From NCBI RefSeq assembly GCF_006345805.1, contig NW_021831845.1:1-63458 (forward strand): a DNA stretch of 63,458 nucleotides. Direction: 5' to 3'. Numbering within the stretch: position 1 is the stretch's first letter; each line of letters begins with the position of its first letter. The notes beneath the pieces are model-generated. The model saw only the letters and a program-made list of their open reading frames with translations, searched no databases and was not told the DNA's origin. This DNA comes from Octopus sinensis (lineage: Eukaryota). Shown one piece after another: positions 1 to 12,698 of this stretch. Both the position numbers and the translations under genes were made by a program.

Positions 1-419
1 TATGTACTCCACAAAAGTACTTTGGTGACTTTGTAGTCGTAGTTTATGCACGTAAAGTGGAACTTCGTATGATAATTTCCAAATTACAGAGAAACATTCT
101 GTGGTCGTTAAGGGAAATTAGGTTTTTGTGTCTGTAACTATTTTCCTACAATGCAGAAACACATTACAGAATAAAACTAAATTCAGTCGAAATTCTGTTG
201 CGTTTACGAGGAAATATTCGATTCGGAGTCATCCTGTTGAAAACTGAAAGCTGAAAATCTTTTCATTTTACGAGTAGACTTCAAGAAGTCAGCTATCTAG
301 AATATCATTTGCTGCTGTTATAGCTTGGTGTATGCTATCCATATTTCTGTGTGATTCATATACCATCGTGTATGTGCCATTTATTTATATGTGTACGTGA
401 CTCTTATATCTGAATAACT

Positions 420-1250
420 TTTATCTCTTGGTGAATGAGACTGAGTGGGAAAGATAATGTTTTTAATCTGTCGTTGTTGTAGTGTCTTGGGTGGTGTATC
501 TGTGTGTGACTGTTGGTGGAGGAGTTTTATGAAGTAACATGAACTACAACCGTTAAAGGGTGCTACGGCAACAAACTTTGCACCCCATAAATGTGCTGGA
601 AATATATTTTATTATATGTTTTTGCTACAGGGTTGGTCTGGTTTCGACAAGTGATGATGTTCAGGGCAAGGGTTTATTGTTCCTTGTAGTTTAGTGCGAT
701 TTGTTGCCGAGAAAGACGGGGACATAAATTGGACTGATTAATCCAAGACGGATGGAATCTATTCTTTGTATATTGTCCCTGTTTTTCGTTTCGTTATCCA
801 AATGTGACCCGTATGACCCAAATGTGACCCGTATAGTTGCTCTAAGTACGTTTCTGTAGATTAAAAAAATATTGGATGTGTTATAAATATGAAGGAGATG
901 TATTTTTATCTTTTGTGTTTATGGTTTTTATGTCAGTCAGGGGTTTTGATCAGTTGATTTCGCTGTTCCCATGTGTTGCTGCTTAAATGGGACCAGGATA
1001 TTTGGGACACTCTACTTTTAAATCTGTTTTGTGGAGGTAGTTTTCTGAGTGATTTACGGAGGTTCGAAATAATTCTGAGCTGTGCCTGTAAAATGGTAGA
1101 TGCTTGGGAACCTCGTGCCTCCTGCCAATGAGATTGTATATTCGGTTGAGTCATGATAAAGGTTGTGTAAGTTAAAGCTGAAACAAGGTGAGAGAACGGT
1201 TACCAACTGTACTCTACTCGAGAAATTGTAGGATCTGAGATTGATATCTT
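420..1250 (-). mobile_element. Possible decayed Penelope-like pseudo-LTR region (unclassified repeat)
   Basis: Minus strand near 625-670 reads CTGAACA...TGTC-GAAA-CCAGAC, a degraded hammerhead-like layout. No convincing protein motif in flanking frames. Assignment is weak inference. Confidence 0.25.
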
Positions 1251-2065
1251 GCACACAAGTAAGGCCTTAATATTAAATACAAACATGCGATTATTTTCAC
1301 ACTATAAAATATTCTTCCATTTAATTAAGTAAAAAAAAAATTAAAAAGACTAGTTTTATTAATACTTGTTTAACAATGTTTACTTCTGATTTCAAGTATT
1401 GGGACAAACATATTTGTGTCAGTGTCTGACGATGCAGACATCTTTTCTTTTTTTTTTTTAAATATTCTTGCTACAGAATGAGAAACATTTTCTGTTCCAC
1501 CTGTAGCATCAACATTTGAAATTCTTTTGCAACGTGAAATTTCACCTTTTTCAAATAGATTAAATTAAAAACACAGAGCTTTTCTTGAGGCATGGCATCC
1601 TAAAGGCTGCCAGCATATCCACAATTCTTCTTGGGGATTATCTTCATAAAACTACTAAACAAGATCTATTTTAGCTTTTGTATAAAGAATGCTTAACTCA
1701 TTTTAACCAATCTTATAAGCTTAAACTGTCCCATTAGGGAATATTAGTTTCGTTTTGTAAGTATTTGGCAATTCATGAAAGACTTGAAACTGTAATGAGA
1801 AAAAATGTTTCGTAAGCAAAGTATTTGGCAGTTTTTCTACGAAATATTCAGTGCACAGATTCTTTTGCACTGGGTTTTATTAACTTACCTGCCTTTACTA
1901 CTCGAAAGCTAAAGTAATATGAAGCAAATAAAATATTATGTTATTCGACATTAATGACGGAAATATTATTTCGCTTAACTTGAATTCCCAAACCTCGTGT
2001 GTGGATTTTGTGGACTGAAAATGAAATAAACCCGTAGCATTTATCATTTATATACTGTGCATATG

Positions 2066-2072
<7 letters not shown>

Positions 2073-2106
<34 letters not shown>

Positions 2107-2352
2107 TGTGTGTGTGTGTGTGTGTGTTTATGTGTGTGTGTGTGTATTTGTGTGTTTATGTGTGTGTATTTGTGTGTTTATGTGTGTCTGTGTGTATTTG
2201 TGTGTGTGTTTATGTATGTGTGTGTGTGTGTGTATTTGTGTGTTTATGTATGTATGTGTGTGTATTTGTGTGTTTATGTGTGTGCGTGTGTTTATGTGTG
2301 TGTGTGGTGTGTATTTGTGTGTGTGTTTATGTATGTGTGTGTGTGTGTGTGT
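2073..2352. repeat. Compound (GT)n/(GTAT)/(GTTTAT) microsatellite
   Basis: Seen directly; explains the CV-rich ORFs at 2057-2433. Confidence 0.95.
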
Positions 2353-2518
2353 TTGTCCGTATTTGTCCACCACCGTCACTTGAAAACCAGAGTTATGTTT
2401 ATGACCTCATATGCTAGCGATTCGAGGCTTTAAAAGCAAATGAGCCCTGGTGTTGATTCATTCGACTAAAATTCTTCAAAGCGGTGCCACAGCATGGTCA
2501 CAGCTGATGACTGAAACA
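2350..2518 (+). mobile_element. SINE family A, diverged 3' module
   Basis: ...GCGGTGCCACAGCATGGTCACAGCTGATGACTGAAACA matches the 3' end of the family A copies (GCGGTGCTCCAGCATGGCCGCAGTCAAATGACTGAAACA). It is preceded by a GT tract, as in full copies. Confidence 0.7.
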
Positions 2519-2949
2519 TATATAACAATAAAAAAAGAAACGTCGACGTTGAGTTTTTAAAATTCAAATGCATTTTCCCCGAATAACACTTCATATTGGA
2601 GTTTCCGTCGCTTCAAATCATTCTACACACATCACATTTCAGCGTTTGAATGAGACTGTTGGGTGTGTGTGTGTGTGTACGCTTGGTTCAACACTAACAC
2701 TGCTCCAGATTAGCAACAAAGACTTCATCTCATTTTCTGAACTTTTACTCATTTCACTTCGTTGTTTTCAATCTGTTTATGAAGAGGTGTTTACTGTTGC
2801 TTCCTGTTGAGTGGCATCCCATCTTATCGGTCACGGCGCTTCGGTTATGCTGAACAACACTTGGAAACTGTTGATATTTTAACCATTTACCTATCAGTGA
2901 GTATTTATATCCCGTCGTGGGATATAGAGTGTAATTTTGTGCCTAGAGG

Positions 2950-4020
2950 ATTTTTATGAAAGTCCAAAACACTAATCTTCGTAAACATTAGTAAAGTCAC
3001 TAAACATCCACAAATGCGACTTACCATTACTCAAATTGGAGATAAATTTGAAGCTGATGGAACTGTTCAGAAGATCCACAAGAAGCGTACCGGAATACCA
3101 CGAACATCGCCAACCCCTACAAAGCAAGAAGGAGTGCTGGAAATGTATCATCAAAGTCCAAGAAAATCTGTGCGGCAAGCGAGTCGCGAGGAAAGTATTT
3201 CAAAATCGTCTTCCAATGCATTTTGAAGCGTTGTGAATTGAAAAGTTACGTTCTAAGATTAGTCCATTCTATTAACGACGAAGATCCAGACAGAAGAGTG
3301 CAATATTGTGAGTGATACTTGGCACGATGTGTAGAAGATGCACATGTTCCAACAAAGATTTTGCTGAGTGATGACGCCAAATTAAATGTTTGAATTAACC
3401 GTCGCAATTACAACAACAGGGGTCCTAAGAATCCGCATGTTATGGTTGAACGCCATGTTAATTTACCAGGGGTTACCGTGTGGTGTGGCTCATCATCAGG
3501 AGGATTAATTGGGCCATTCTTCTTTGACGCTACTGTGATTGGTCCCGTTTATAGTCTGTCATGCCAAGCATTAGAGGAGACTTTGAAGATGAGATGTTTT
3601 ATTTTCAGCAAGATGGAGCAGCCCAAAACTACTATCGTGATGTTAGATCCTTCCCTGATGAGAGCTAGTCAAACAGGTTGATTGGACGAAGGGGTTTCGT
3701 TGAATGACCGACGCGTTCACCAGACCTCACATCACTAACTTTTTTTTTATGAGAAAACCTAAAAGACAAAGCCTACGCTATCAAATCTGCAACAGTCACT
3801 GATTTAAGAGTGGCCATTGAACAAGAATGCACACAAATACCAAACGAATTCTTTCATGATCTTTGCGATTCCATTGCTTCTTGTTATCAGCAGTATCTTG
3901 ACCAAAACGGACGTCAGTTTGAATATAGGCGTTGACAGAACAATAAAATGGAATGTATTTTAATAAACACCTACTTTAGAATTATTTAAAGTGTGTATAC
4001 ATTTTTGGGGGACACCCTAT
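2950..4020 (+). mobile_element. Tc1/mariner transposon remnant with frameshifted transposase and right TIR
   Basis: Pieces translate to [17 protein letters not shown] (HTH region), [28 protein letters not shown] and PTRSPDLT, which are Tc1/mariner DDxD motifs, with several stops and frameshifts. TIR-like end AAAGTGTGTATACATTTTTGGGGGACACCCTA at ~3988-4019 is followed by TA. Left TIR not found. Confidence 0.9.
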
Positions 4021-4038
4021 ATAAATATATGGGAACAT

Positions 4039-4160
4039 GAAACTCTGAGTAACAGTTTTTGTGATATTTTTGCTGCTTTTTAATAAGGCATTTTAACTCT
4101 AACTCTGGTATTCGAGTACTGTCTTTTCCACCTTGTTTCGTATTTGTGTACTTACTCTGG
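4039..4160 (+). mobile_element. Penelope-like pseudo-LTR fragment (same family as 6560-7010)
   Basis: Aligns with 6887-7010 (…TGCTGCTTTT…CTGGTATT(C/T)GAGTACT…TTTTCCACCTTGT…). Carries the hammerhead 3' half GAAA-CTCTGAG-TA-ACAG at 4039-4055. Confidence 0.7.
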
Positions 4161-4256
4161 TATATATATATATATATATATAAGAATTATATATATATAT
4201 TAATATATATATATATATATAAGAATTGTATATATATATATATATATATATACATA

Positions 4257-4651
4257 CTAGCAGTATCGCCCGGCGTTGCTCGGGTTTGTAAGGGAAATAA
4301 CTATATAAGCATTTTTAGAGAGTTATAGCCAGAAAATAGCAAAAAAATGCATTAAAATTGGAAAGAAAATGAGGGTAATTTTTTTTTAAATCGTTGACTC
4401 ATCGTAGACATTTTTAGAGAGTTACTTCCCTTATATAATAGCGAAAAAATGCATTAAAATGGAAAAAAATTATGGTAATTTTTTTTTTAATCGTATACTC
4501 ATCGTAGACGCGCGCTACTACCCAGAAGGGCTCGATATGAATCACGACTATAAGATACCCGGTTTTGGTTAAACTGCACCGCAAAATGTGGGAGTAGTTA
4601 GGAATCTAAATCGTAGGAGACAGACACACAACTTCACTTTTATATATAAGA
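4257..4651 (-). mobile_element. Complete non-autonomous Helitron (395 bp)
   Basis: Minus strand starts TCTTATATATAAAAG and ends CCCGAGCAACGCCGGG (hairpin)-CGATACTG-CTAG. It sits between A and T with no TSD. All canonical Helitron terminal hallmarks are present. Confidence 0.85.
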
Positions 4652-5104
4652 TATATATATATATATATATCTACAATTCTTAGATGCCATTGATCGTATT
4701 TCACAAATCCAGAATGGTATTATTGGTGTCTTTATGTTACCAAAACTTTATCTTCTTTATCTCGTTCTTAAATCTCTGAAGCCAGATAGTAACGACACAC
4801 ACCCCCTCACACACACATACACATACACACATATGGGCTCTTTGTTTCAGGCACACACACACACATACATGCAAGCACACACACTCGCACACATATATAT
4901 ATAAAAGGGACTATAAATTCTGAAAAACTAATCTCATTTCCTACCACTTCAGAAGTAAAGAAAAGCATAAAAGTTGAAGCTAAAAAACGGAAGAAGTTTT
5001 TTTTTTTTTGTAAATAAATTTTTTCTCTCGAGATTAATGTGTGGAATATATCGCATTAAACTTTAGTTACTATTGGTCTCTCGCCGAAAACATACAACTG
5101 TGTG

Positions 5105-5177
5105 TAGGTATATATATATAAATATATATATATTATATATATATATATATATATATTATATATTGTGTGTGTGTGTG

Positions 5178-5222
<45 letters not shown>

Positions 5223-5280
5223 TGTATGTGTGTGTGTGTGCGTGTGCGTGTGCGTGTGCGTGTTGTGTTGTGTGTATATA
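5105..5280. repeat. (TA)n-(TG)n-(CGTG)n microsatellite
   Basis: Seen directly. Confidence 0.95.
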
Positions 5281-5281
5281 G

Positions 5282-5415
5282 GGCAGCAAGCTGGCAGAAT
5301 CATTAGCACGCCAGGCGAAATACTTAGCGGTATTTCGTCTGCCGTTACGTTCTGAGTTCAAATTCCGTCGAGGTAGACATTGCTTTTCATCCTTTCAGGG
5401 TCGATTAAATTCAGT
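5282..5415 (+). mobile_element. SINE family B, 5' part
   Basis: tRNA-like head (CTGGCAGAATC; B box GAGTTCAAATTCC) plus central domain CTTTTCATCCTTTCAGGGTCGATTAAATT. Truncated at the junction with CR1. Confidence 0.85.
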
Positions 5416-5893
5416 GGGAGCTGAATGACATCTTGTGGTAGCTTGTTCCACGGGTCTGTGATACGGACGGAGACTGCGGCCTTCCGCCTGTTGAGTCGAA
5501 AGTGTCGGGGATAGACTTTGCGATCATGCTCACAAAGACCTCTGTCTGGCGCAGAGTGTAAAACTCCGCAAATGGTAGGATTACATTCCCGTTGAAGATA
5601 TTGAAAGCCAGATTGAGATCTACCCGCATCCTCCAACGTTTGAGTGAAGGTAATGCCAGCTGTTGGAGACGTTCCTCATACATAAACTTAGACAAGCCTG
5701 CGACCATTTGGGTGGCGAACTGCTGAGTCCGTTCCAGATGCTGAATGTCTTTCTGGAGATATGGGTTTGAGGCCTGGATGCAATATTCAGGGATGGGTCG
5801 AATATTGTATAAATGCCGAAAGACGTCCGTTGAAAGGTTGTCAAAAGACCGGCGGATGAGGAAAATATTCCATTTGGCTTTGTTCACCGCCTC
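5416..5893 (-). mobile_element. CR1-clade LINE, C-terminal RT region (5'-truncated, frameshifted)
   Basis: IRPIPEYCIQASNPYLQKDIQHLERTQQFATQMVAGLSKFMYEERLQQLALPSLKRWRMRVDL, then SVRITDPWNKLP. This matches the CR1 ORF2 C-terminal pattern (RP.LEYC...W.P...KD...LE.VQR.AT...YEERL..L.L.SL..RR.R.DL). Confidence 0.9.
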
Positions 5894-6189
5894 GATACAC
5901 TGATGTGTATATATATATATTATATATGTATATTTTGTTGTCTCTGCTGAAAGTCATTCTCTTTTAGTGCCTTATAATTTAACACACACACGGATAAAGT
6001 TTCCACTCATTTACTCACTTATTTTACCTAAAAATTTTGTTGTCTTACAACCTTTTCAATAATCGTTGACTTCGTTTTTTTTGTTTGTTTGTGCGCATGT
6101 GTGTGGGTCAGTGTGTGTGAGCATATACATGTATGTATATGCGCAATACAACAATATATATATATGTATATATATATATATAGCATATA

Positions 6190-6248
<59 letters not shown>

Positions 6249-6299
6249 CACACACATGCACAAATATATTTCTCACATAACAGTGTGTAATATATTTAT

Positions 6300-6475
6300 T
6301 GTGGAAGAGATCTCGATGAATGTGATAATGTTGATGATAATAGTGATCATTAGCATCACCGCCACCATCGCCATTATAATCATAATTATCGTCATGCTCA
6401 CCGCCATCAATACAACCATCTCTACCACCACCGCCACTACTGCCATCACCACCGCCACCACAATCCACATGATAC
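6300..6475. repeat. Degenerate (CAT/CAC/GAT) trinucleotide tract
   Basis: Seen directly; source of the poly-H/poly-G ORFs. Confidence 0.85.
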
Positions 6476-6559
6476 CATTGAAGGTGTCGAAAATTCGTCC
6501 CAAAAAGTACGCATAAAGCATAATTGGCGATCTGAGAAAGAAACGAAATATTTTATCCT

Positions 6560-7005
6560 TTTGAATTCGAATAGGCATAATTTTGTTTCAGAATTCTTCA
6601 GAGGAGATTCTGCAGATCTTTACAATTTGTAAAGTGTCAATATTCATAGAATTCATATTCTTAGCGAAGAAATTATATCATCCAATTGGTTGGCATTCAA
6701 CTCAGTTGATGAACTTTTGTAGAAATTTAATGCCGTCGGCAGGATTGTATTGTGGAACAAAGATTTAAACAGAGACACTGGAGCCGCTATCATTATTACC
6801 TGATAACGGTAAATTCCTGCACTCGTTACACAATTATATCGATATCGGTTCTATTCTAGCAAAAACTGTCCGATGAACGGCAACGGGAAAGTCAGAATAA
6901 CAGATGTTGTTGAATTTTCTGCTGCTTTTTAGATAGCATATACTCTACCACTGGTATTTGAGTACTCTTTTTTCCACCTTGTGTTTCACATTTATGTGTT
7001 ACTCC

Positions 7006-7010
<5 letters not shown>
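6560..7010 (+). mobile_element. Penelope-like element 3' end / pseudo-LTR
   Basis: Ends a frame with LWNKDLNRDTG, resembling the LNRD.G motif at the GIY-YIG C-terminus of PLEs. A hammerhead-like motif follows at 6866-6903. Second partial copy at 4039-4160. Confidence 0.6.
6866..6903 (+). ncRNA. Degenerate minimal type-I hammerhead ribozyme motif
   Basis: CTGT-CCGATGA-A-CG(GCAA)CG-G-GAAA-GTCAGAATA-ACAG. Stem I (CTGT/ACAG) pairs; core has U4C; stem III is decayed relative to the 4039 copy. Confidence 0.5.
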
Positions 7011-7060
<50 letters not shown>

Positions 7061-7124
7061 ATATATATATATAGGTATTATATATATATATATATATCTT
7101 ATATATATATATCTTCTTTTATGC

Positions 7125-7488
7125 TTTTACTCTTTTACTGTTCAGTTATTTGACTGCGGCCATGCTGGAGCACCGCATTTAGTCGAGCAAGTCGACCCCA
7201 GGACTTATTCTTTGGAAGCCCAGTACTTATTCTACCGGTTTCTTTTGACAAGCCACAAAGTAAACACACCTTGTCAAGCAAGGCTGGGAGCAAACACACA
7301 CACACACACACACACACATACATATATACACGAGGGGCTTCCTTCAGTTTTCGGCCACCAAATCCTCTCACTAGGCTTTGGTCGGCCCGAGGCTATAGTA
7401 CAAGACACTTGCCCAAGGTGCCACACAGGAGGACTGAGCCCGGAACCATGTGGTTGGTAAACAAGCTACTTACCACACAGCCACTCCT
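7125..7488 (-). mobile_element. SINE family A, near full length
   Basis: Head AGGAGTGGCTGTGTGGTAAG…GGTTCCGGGCTCAGTCC, internal (TA)(TG) tract, 3' module ending GACTGAA…AGTAAAAGAGTAAAAG. Confidence 0.9.
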
Positions 7489-8083
7489 ATAGATATCATA
7501 TATATATATGTAAATGACTTTGCATATTACATTCTTCATTTAGTTATACATAGTTTTATGTATTGATGTAGAAACACACACACACACGCACATATATGCA
7601 TACATATGCCCATGCATGCTCTCGTACATACGTATATCTGTATGCATACATACATACATACATACATACTTACATAGGTACATACATATATCCATCCATC
7701 CACCCATACACACACCTACACGCATACATACACAAACACAAATACACATAATTTTGAACCTGAAAACCATCCACTAAATATTTTGTCCGCCGAGTTTTTT
7801 GTATAATACCACGAAACACGAGCATCAGAGCAGCTACTAATATACACCTCGTAAAGCAAGGTACACATTCTTCACATTTGCGAACCAAACTGAAGTTCTC
7901 AAAAATATTGAAGGAAACGCACATCATGAAACTGTAACACTAACGTAATTACTAGGATGACTAGTATGGTGTTTCGAGGGAATTTAATTAATTATAATTG
8001 CATCCTCGTTAATGAGGATTAAGAGTTACACTGGAGGTGTAATTTCAATTTAAATAGCTCAGCTAACTGTATTACTTTCTATT

Positions 8084-8288
8084 CTAGGCACAAGGCCAGG
8101 TCAGGCCAGCAATTCCGGGTGTAGAACTAAGACGATTACATCGACCCCAGTACTCAACTGGTACTTATTTTATCGACCTCAAAAGGATTAAGACAAAGTT
8201 GACCTCGAGGGAATTTGAACCCAGTACATAAAGACTGATTAAATGCTGCTAAGCATTTTGCCTGGAGTGCTAACGATTGTGCCAGCTC
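8084..8288 (-). mobile_element. SINE family B, diverged
   Basis: Reverse complement of head (GGGTTCAAATTCC) and central domain (GTCGATAAAATAAGTACCAGTTGAGTACTGGGGTCGATGTAATCG). Confidence 0.8.
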
Positions 8289-8446
8289 TAACTACATATA
8301 TTAAACAGGGGTGCACCAATCACGTGTTCATAGAAGAGTGGGAGGGGCGACCTTGTTATATGACTTCAGTCATTCTTCAAAAGAATCACATCCATCAGTC
8401 TTTAATCACGTAAGACATTGCAGTTACGACTGGAATATGAACATCT

Positions 8447-8486
8447 CTCGCTGATGAGGTCTAATATGACGGAAAACTGCTTCGTA
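8447..8486 (+). ncRNA. Degenerate hammerhead ribozyme motif
   Basis: CTCG-CTGATGA-G-GTC(TAATAT)GAC-G-GAAA-ACTGCTTCGTA. Core strings intact; stem II closing pair and stem III mismatched. Confidence 0.4.
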
Positions 8487-9029
8487 TTTTAATTAATTAA
8501 TTTTTACCATTTAAGATTTCGGGATTGTTTGCTCTCAACGTTCGTGGCTTGAATAATTGAATTAGTGATTTTAATTATTTCCCAGAGATATAATCTTAAT
8601 TAGTAGTTATTGTATGTATGACCGTGAGTGTTCGTGTGTGTTTTTGCGTGTCTGTAATCAGCAGTTCCGCGGTTGTGATAATGCTTGCACTACTTCATAG
8701 TTTTGTGAAAATGACAGCTAGGCATCATCCATTCCCTTTGTACATTTTTACATTGTCATTTCTGTGTGTCACATAATTTTTCTACAGATATGGAGACGGT
8801 AGTGAGAGTGTGTGCTTGTGTGAATGGAAGTATGCAACATTATATGTATATGTATGTATATGTATATGTGTATGCGCGTGGGTGTATTTCTGTGCTGGTG
8901 TATTAATAGACACCAATCTAGAGACATATACTTTTACATGTGAGAAGATATAATAAGAAACCTTATTTGGTGGCAGTCAATTATCTCTTCTCTTATCATA
9001 ACATCAATGAAACCTTTGAAAAAAGCCAC

Positions 9030-9035
9030 ATCTTG

Positions 9036-9066
<31 letters not shown>

Positions 9067-9640
9067 ATGTGTAGATTATGTGTGGGTGTGTATATAGATG
9101 TAACATATACAATTATCTTTATACACACATAAATATATATATATATAATATATATATGTGTGTGTGTGTATTCATATATACACACGTATATTCTTATATA
9201 TATGTCTATGTAAGTATGTATGTGTCTCATGTATGTATGTAAGAGAGTGTCTTCATTATGTGTACATTTGCAATATATATACAACATATACACGTATCTA
9301 TCTATCTATCTGTCACTTTCTCTCTCTCTCCACAACACACACACACACACACGTACACACACACACACATACACACACATATATATATCGTACAATATAT
9401 ACTGTAATATTTATATACATGTATCGAATTCATTATATATGTGTATGTATGTGCATATATATATATATGCATACATACATGTATGTATACATATATACAC
9501 ACAAACACACATATATATGTATAATGTACTGACATCTATGCACATATATATATGCGTGTGTGTGTACGTGTGCGTGAGTGTGTGTGTGTGTGTGTGTGTG
9601 TGTTTGTATTCATATATATGCATACATATGTAGGTACACG
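9030..9640. repeat. Compound TA/TG/CA/CT microsatellite field
   Basis: Seen directly. Confidence 0.9.
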
Positions 9641-10629
9641 TGCGCATTGCTTGTGGATAGGACTTGCACTGTTGGTGCTACAGATTTAGACTTGTTTTAC
9701 AGTAATTCCAACTAATATTTAACCTTGCACAAATCCTTTTTCTGCCAAGAATTGGCAAATCTCCAGACTCTGAGATGATGGCTGAAGAGAAAAAGTGAAC
9801 ATGTCTATACTGTTGTGTGGTTGCCAAAAGATTTCGATTAGAAATACGCCGTTATTCTGTATGTAATAACTGACAAAGTACGGTCATAAAAACCGCAACA
9901 AGTTACTTCACCATCTTCAATGATAAAAGACGAAGATATCTTGTAAAATAAACATCTATCGGAGTTATTGATTACAAACATGTGTTTCACGTCGTTTATT
10001 TTGAAGAAAAAGATCTCCCGCTGTAGAGATATCACTAAATCTTGCGCTGTGTAAGTTGATGTGAATGTCTATAGAAAAGAAAGAAAGAAAAATTGTAGCA
10101 AATAACGTTAAACATCAGAAGAAAAGACAAAAGCAAAGAAAAGATAACTCTGTTGTTTTATTGAAGCATGAGAGAAAAAAAAAAACTACATTTTTTTTTA
10201 TATCTGGTTTCACTGTTCTTTTAGTAGTTTTTCATTTTGACATTGTGACGTTTCTATTATTCTTTGGTAATTTCTTTGGATGAGGAAGAAAGCGTCTGTT
10301 TGACAGAGATGTGTGCATCAGTGAGTGTGTGCGAGTGTGCACACATACATACATATATACATACATTCATACATACATATATCTATCTATCTCTCAACAC
10401 ACACACACACACACACACACACGAGTGGACAAACTAAAGAAAAGGGCACTCAACACGTTCAGTAGGAGTTACATGTATTATATAAGACAGTTTCATTCAG
10501 TTCTAAGCGATCTAAAGTTTCGCTGGTCTCTGGCAGAGGACTGTCTCTTTTCAGAATTCTGTTAGAGTCTTGTGAAACTTTCAATCGCATGGGACCAAAT
10601 CAAATTGTTTTAAATAATATTAACAATAA

Positions 10630-10631
10630 CG

Positions 10632-10685
<54 letters not shown>

Positions 10686-10790
10686 ATGATGATGCGAGCT
10701 CCATGACCATTCTCTCTTCCTTCCTACCTCGCCGTTGGCTCCGGCAGTGGCGCGCTTTGTTCCGCTGATGATGATGATACTGGACGATGC

Positions 10791-10837
<47 letters not shown>

Positions 10838-10885
10838 ATAGCAACAACAACAACAACAACAACAATAATAATAATAATATATACA
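10630..10885. repeat. (CTG)n/(ATG)n/(AAC)n/(AAT)n trinucleotide tracts
   Basis: Seen directly; poly-Q/H/A/D ORFs are artefacts of these tracts. Confidence 0.95.
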
Positions 10886-10929
10886 TATACATATATATTC
10901 ATACAAATATGTATACGTATTTGTGCACA

Positions 10930-11690
10930 CATCCTTTTTTATTGAACCGCCAAAGATACAAGGCTCCATATTTGGGATGTCGTTAACACAGATAAATTCA
11001 CATGTCGAACTTGAGAAAAGCCTTGCATATTTTTACTGTCCCAGTTACGAATCAGCGGGTCACTTTCCCTTTCTGAAAATCCCAGTTTATCCAGATTCTC
11101 CTTTAAGCATTTCCTAACAAAAAAAAAATGCTCCAATTATTATTGGTATGAATATGAATTCATAGCCTGGATAGAGAACCTGGTGGTTTCGAAGCCGTTG
11201 ACCATAGATATCCTATATTTGTTTGATTTTCAAAGCTATATTTCTATCTGCAGGGCAGCTAACCTCTATGATGGCACATAACTTTGCCCTCCTGTCCCAA
11301 ACAACGATATCCGGCCTGTTATGCTTACATTTGACAGAGGTTTTGAGGGGAATGTTCCACCAGTATTCCTTGAGTTGGTGTTTATGAATGTATTCCATAA
11401 CGTAAGGACTTTCTAAGTTTATTTCAGGACAGTCTTTTTTGCAGATGGCATTGGAAATTGTTTTTTAACAACATCGTGTCGTATATAGGGAGGTAGTGTC
11501 GTATGTAGGGAGGTAGTGTTGTATATAAGGAGGTAGCGCCGTGACAACATTTTAGGACAGCTGCTAATCACATGCGTAATGTCTTCCACAGAAACATGAC
11601 ATAGCCAACACATCCAGTTGCACCTTGGAATTACTAGTTCATCACTGTCTTCCTTGTTCACCAGAGACTTTGTGGCAATCTCCTGTTCCT
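10930..11690 (-). mobile_element. R4/Dong-like RLE non-LTR retrotransposon, 3' remnant
   Basis: EQEIATK…CWLCHVSVEDITHVISSCPKM (CCHC knuckle), EYWWN…KCKHNRPDIVVWDRRAKLCAIIEVSCP (PD-(D/E)xK nuclease), IPIIIGA. Frameshifts and stops. Confidence 0.85.
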
Positions 11691-11693
11691 GGA

Positions 11694-11820
11694 TCTACCA
11701 AATCCACTCACAAGGCTTTGGTTGGCCCGAGGCTATAATAGGAAACACCTGCTCAAGTTCCCTCGCACTGGGACTGAACCCGGACAAACAAGCTTCTTAC
11801 CACACAGTCGCACCTGCGCC
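11694..11820 (-). mobile_element. SINE family A head
   Basis: Matches head of 7125-7488 with an internal deletion; abuts the RLE fragment. Confidence 0.85.
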
Positions 11821-12698
11821 TATATATACATATTAATAGAGGGAGAAAGTTAGATAGATAGATAGAGATAGAGAGAGAGAGAGAGATGGAGAGAGAGGGA
11901 GAAAGAGAGAGAGAGAAAGAGAGAGAGGAGAGAGAAAGAGGGAAGTAATGGTTGAGTGAGAAATCTAATACGATAACCGAATAAATTGATATGAATTTAT
12001 TATTTGCATGTTTAAAATTTTATTGTTTAATTCTTTGTTTTTTCTGAAAATTTGATGTCCGACATAGCTTCAGTTTACGATAGATTAACTTTAAACTATA
12101 TCCTAACTTTTCACATTTTAACAAATATCAACAATGAATATACATACATATTGCTATTGGATTTAATTAAAATCTGCCGAATTGTTAACGGCCGTAAATC
12201 AATTATCAGCGATAATTAGAATCATGTGATGACGTTTTTATATTGTTTAACTAGATTTCATATCCGTAATGTCTGAAGTCATATCCGCCATTTCTAATTA
12301 GTTTACAATTTGGAAAACATGCGTGCATGTCAACATTCCTAGGATTTCTTCTTCCTACATTTGAGTCGCGCATGCGCGTTTCTGTATGCATCACACATAC
12401 ACACACAAACATACACTGACACACATACATACGTATATCTATTTATACAAACATATATACACCTACATTCATACATATATTCATATATGTGTGTATATGT
12501 ATGTGTTTGTGTGTATGTGTGTGTGTATAGTTGCAATAAGATGAAATGTGGAAGAGGCCCGCTTTGCTTTCGATGAGGCCACAAGTTCAATCCCATTGCG
12601 CAGCACCCTGAGTAAGTCACATTTTTATTTAACTTCAGACCATCCTATATTTTGCAGGTAAAAAGGAACAGACACATACACACACACACACACACACA

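Noticed and set aside
10620-10986. Poly-Q/poly-A/poly-H ORFs resembling transcription-factor low-complexity regions
   Set aside because: Open in several frames on both strands because of triplet repeats; no flanking domain or splice structure.
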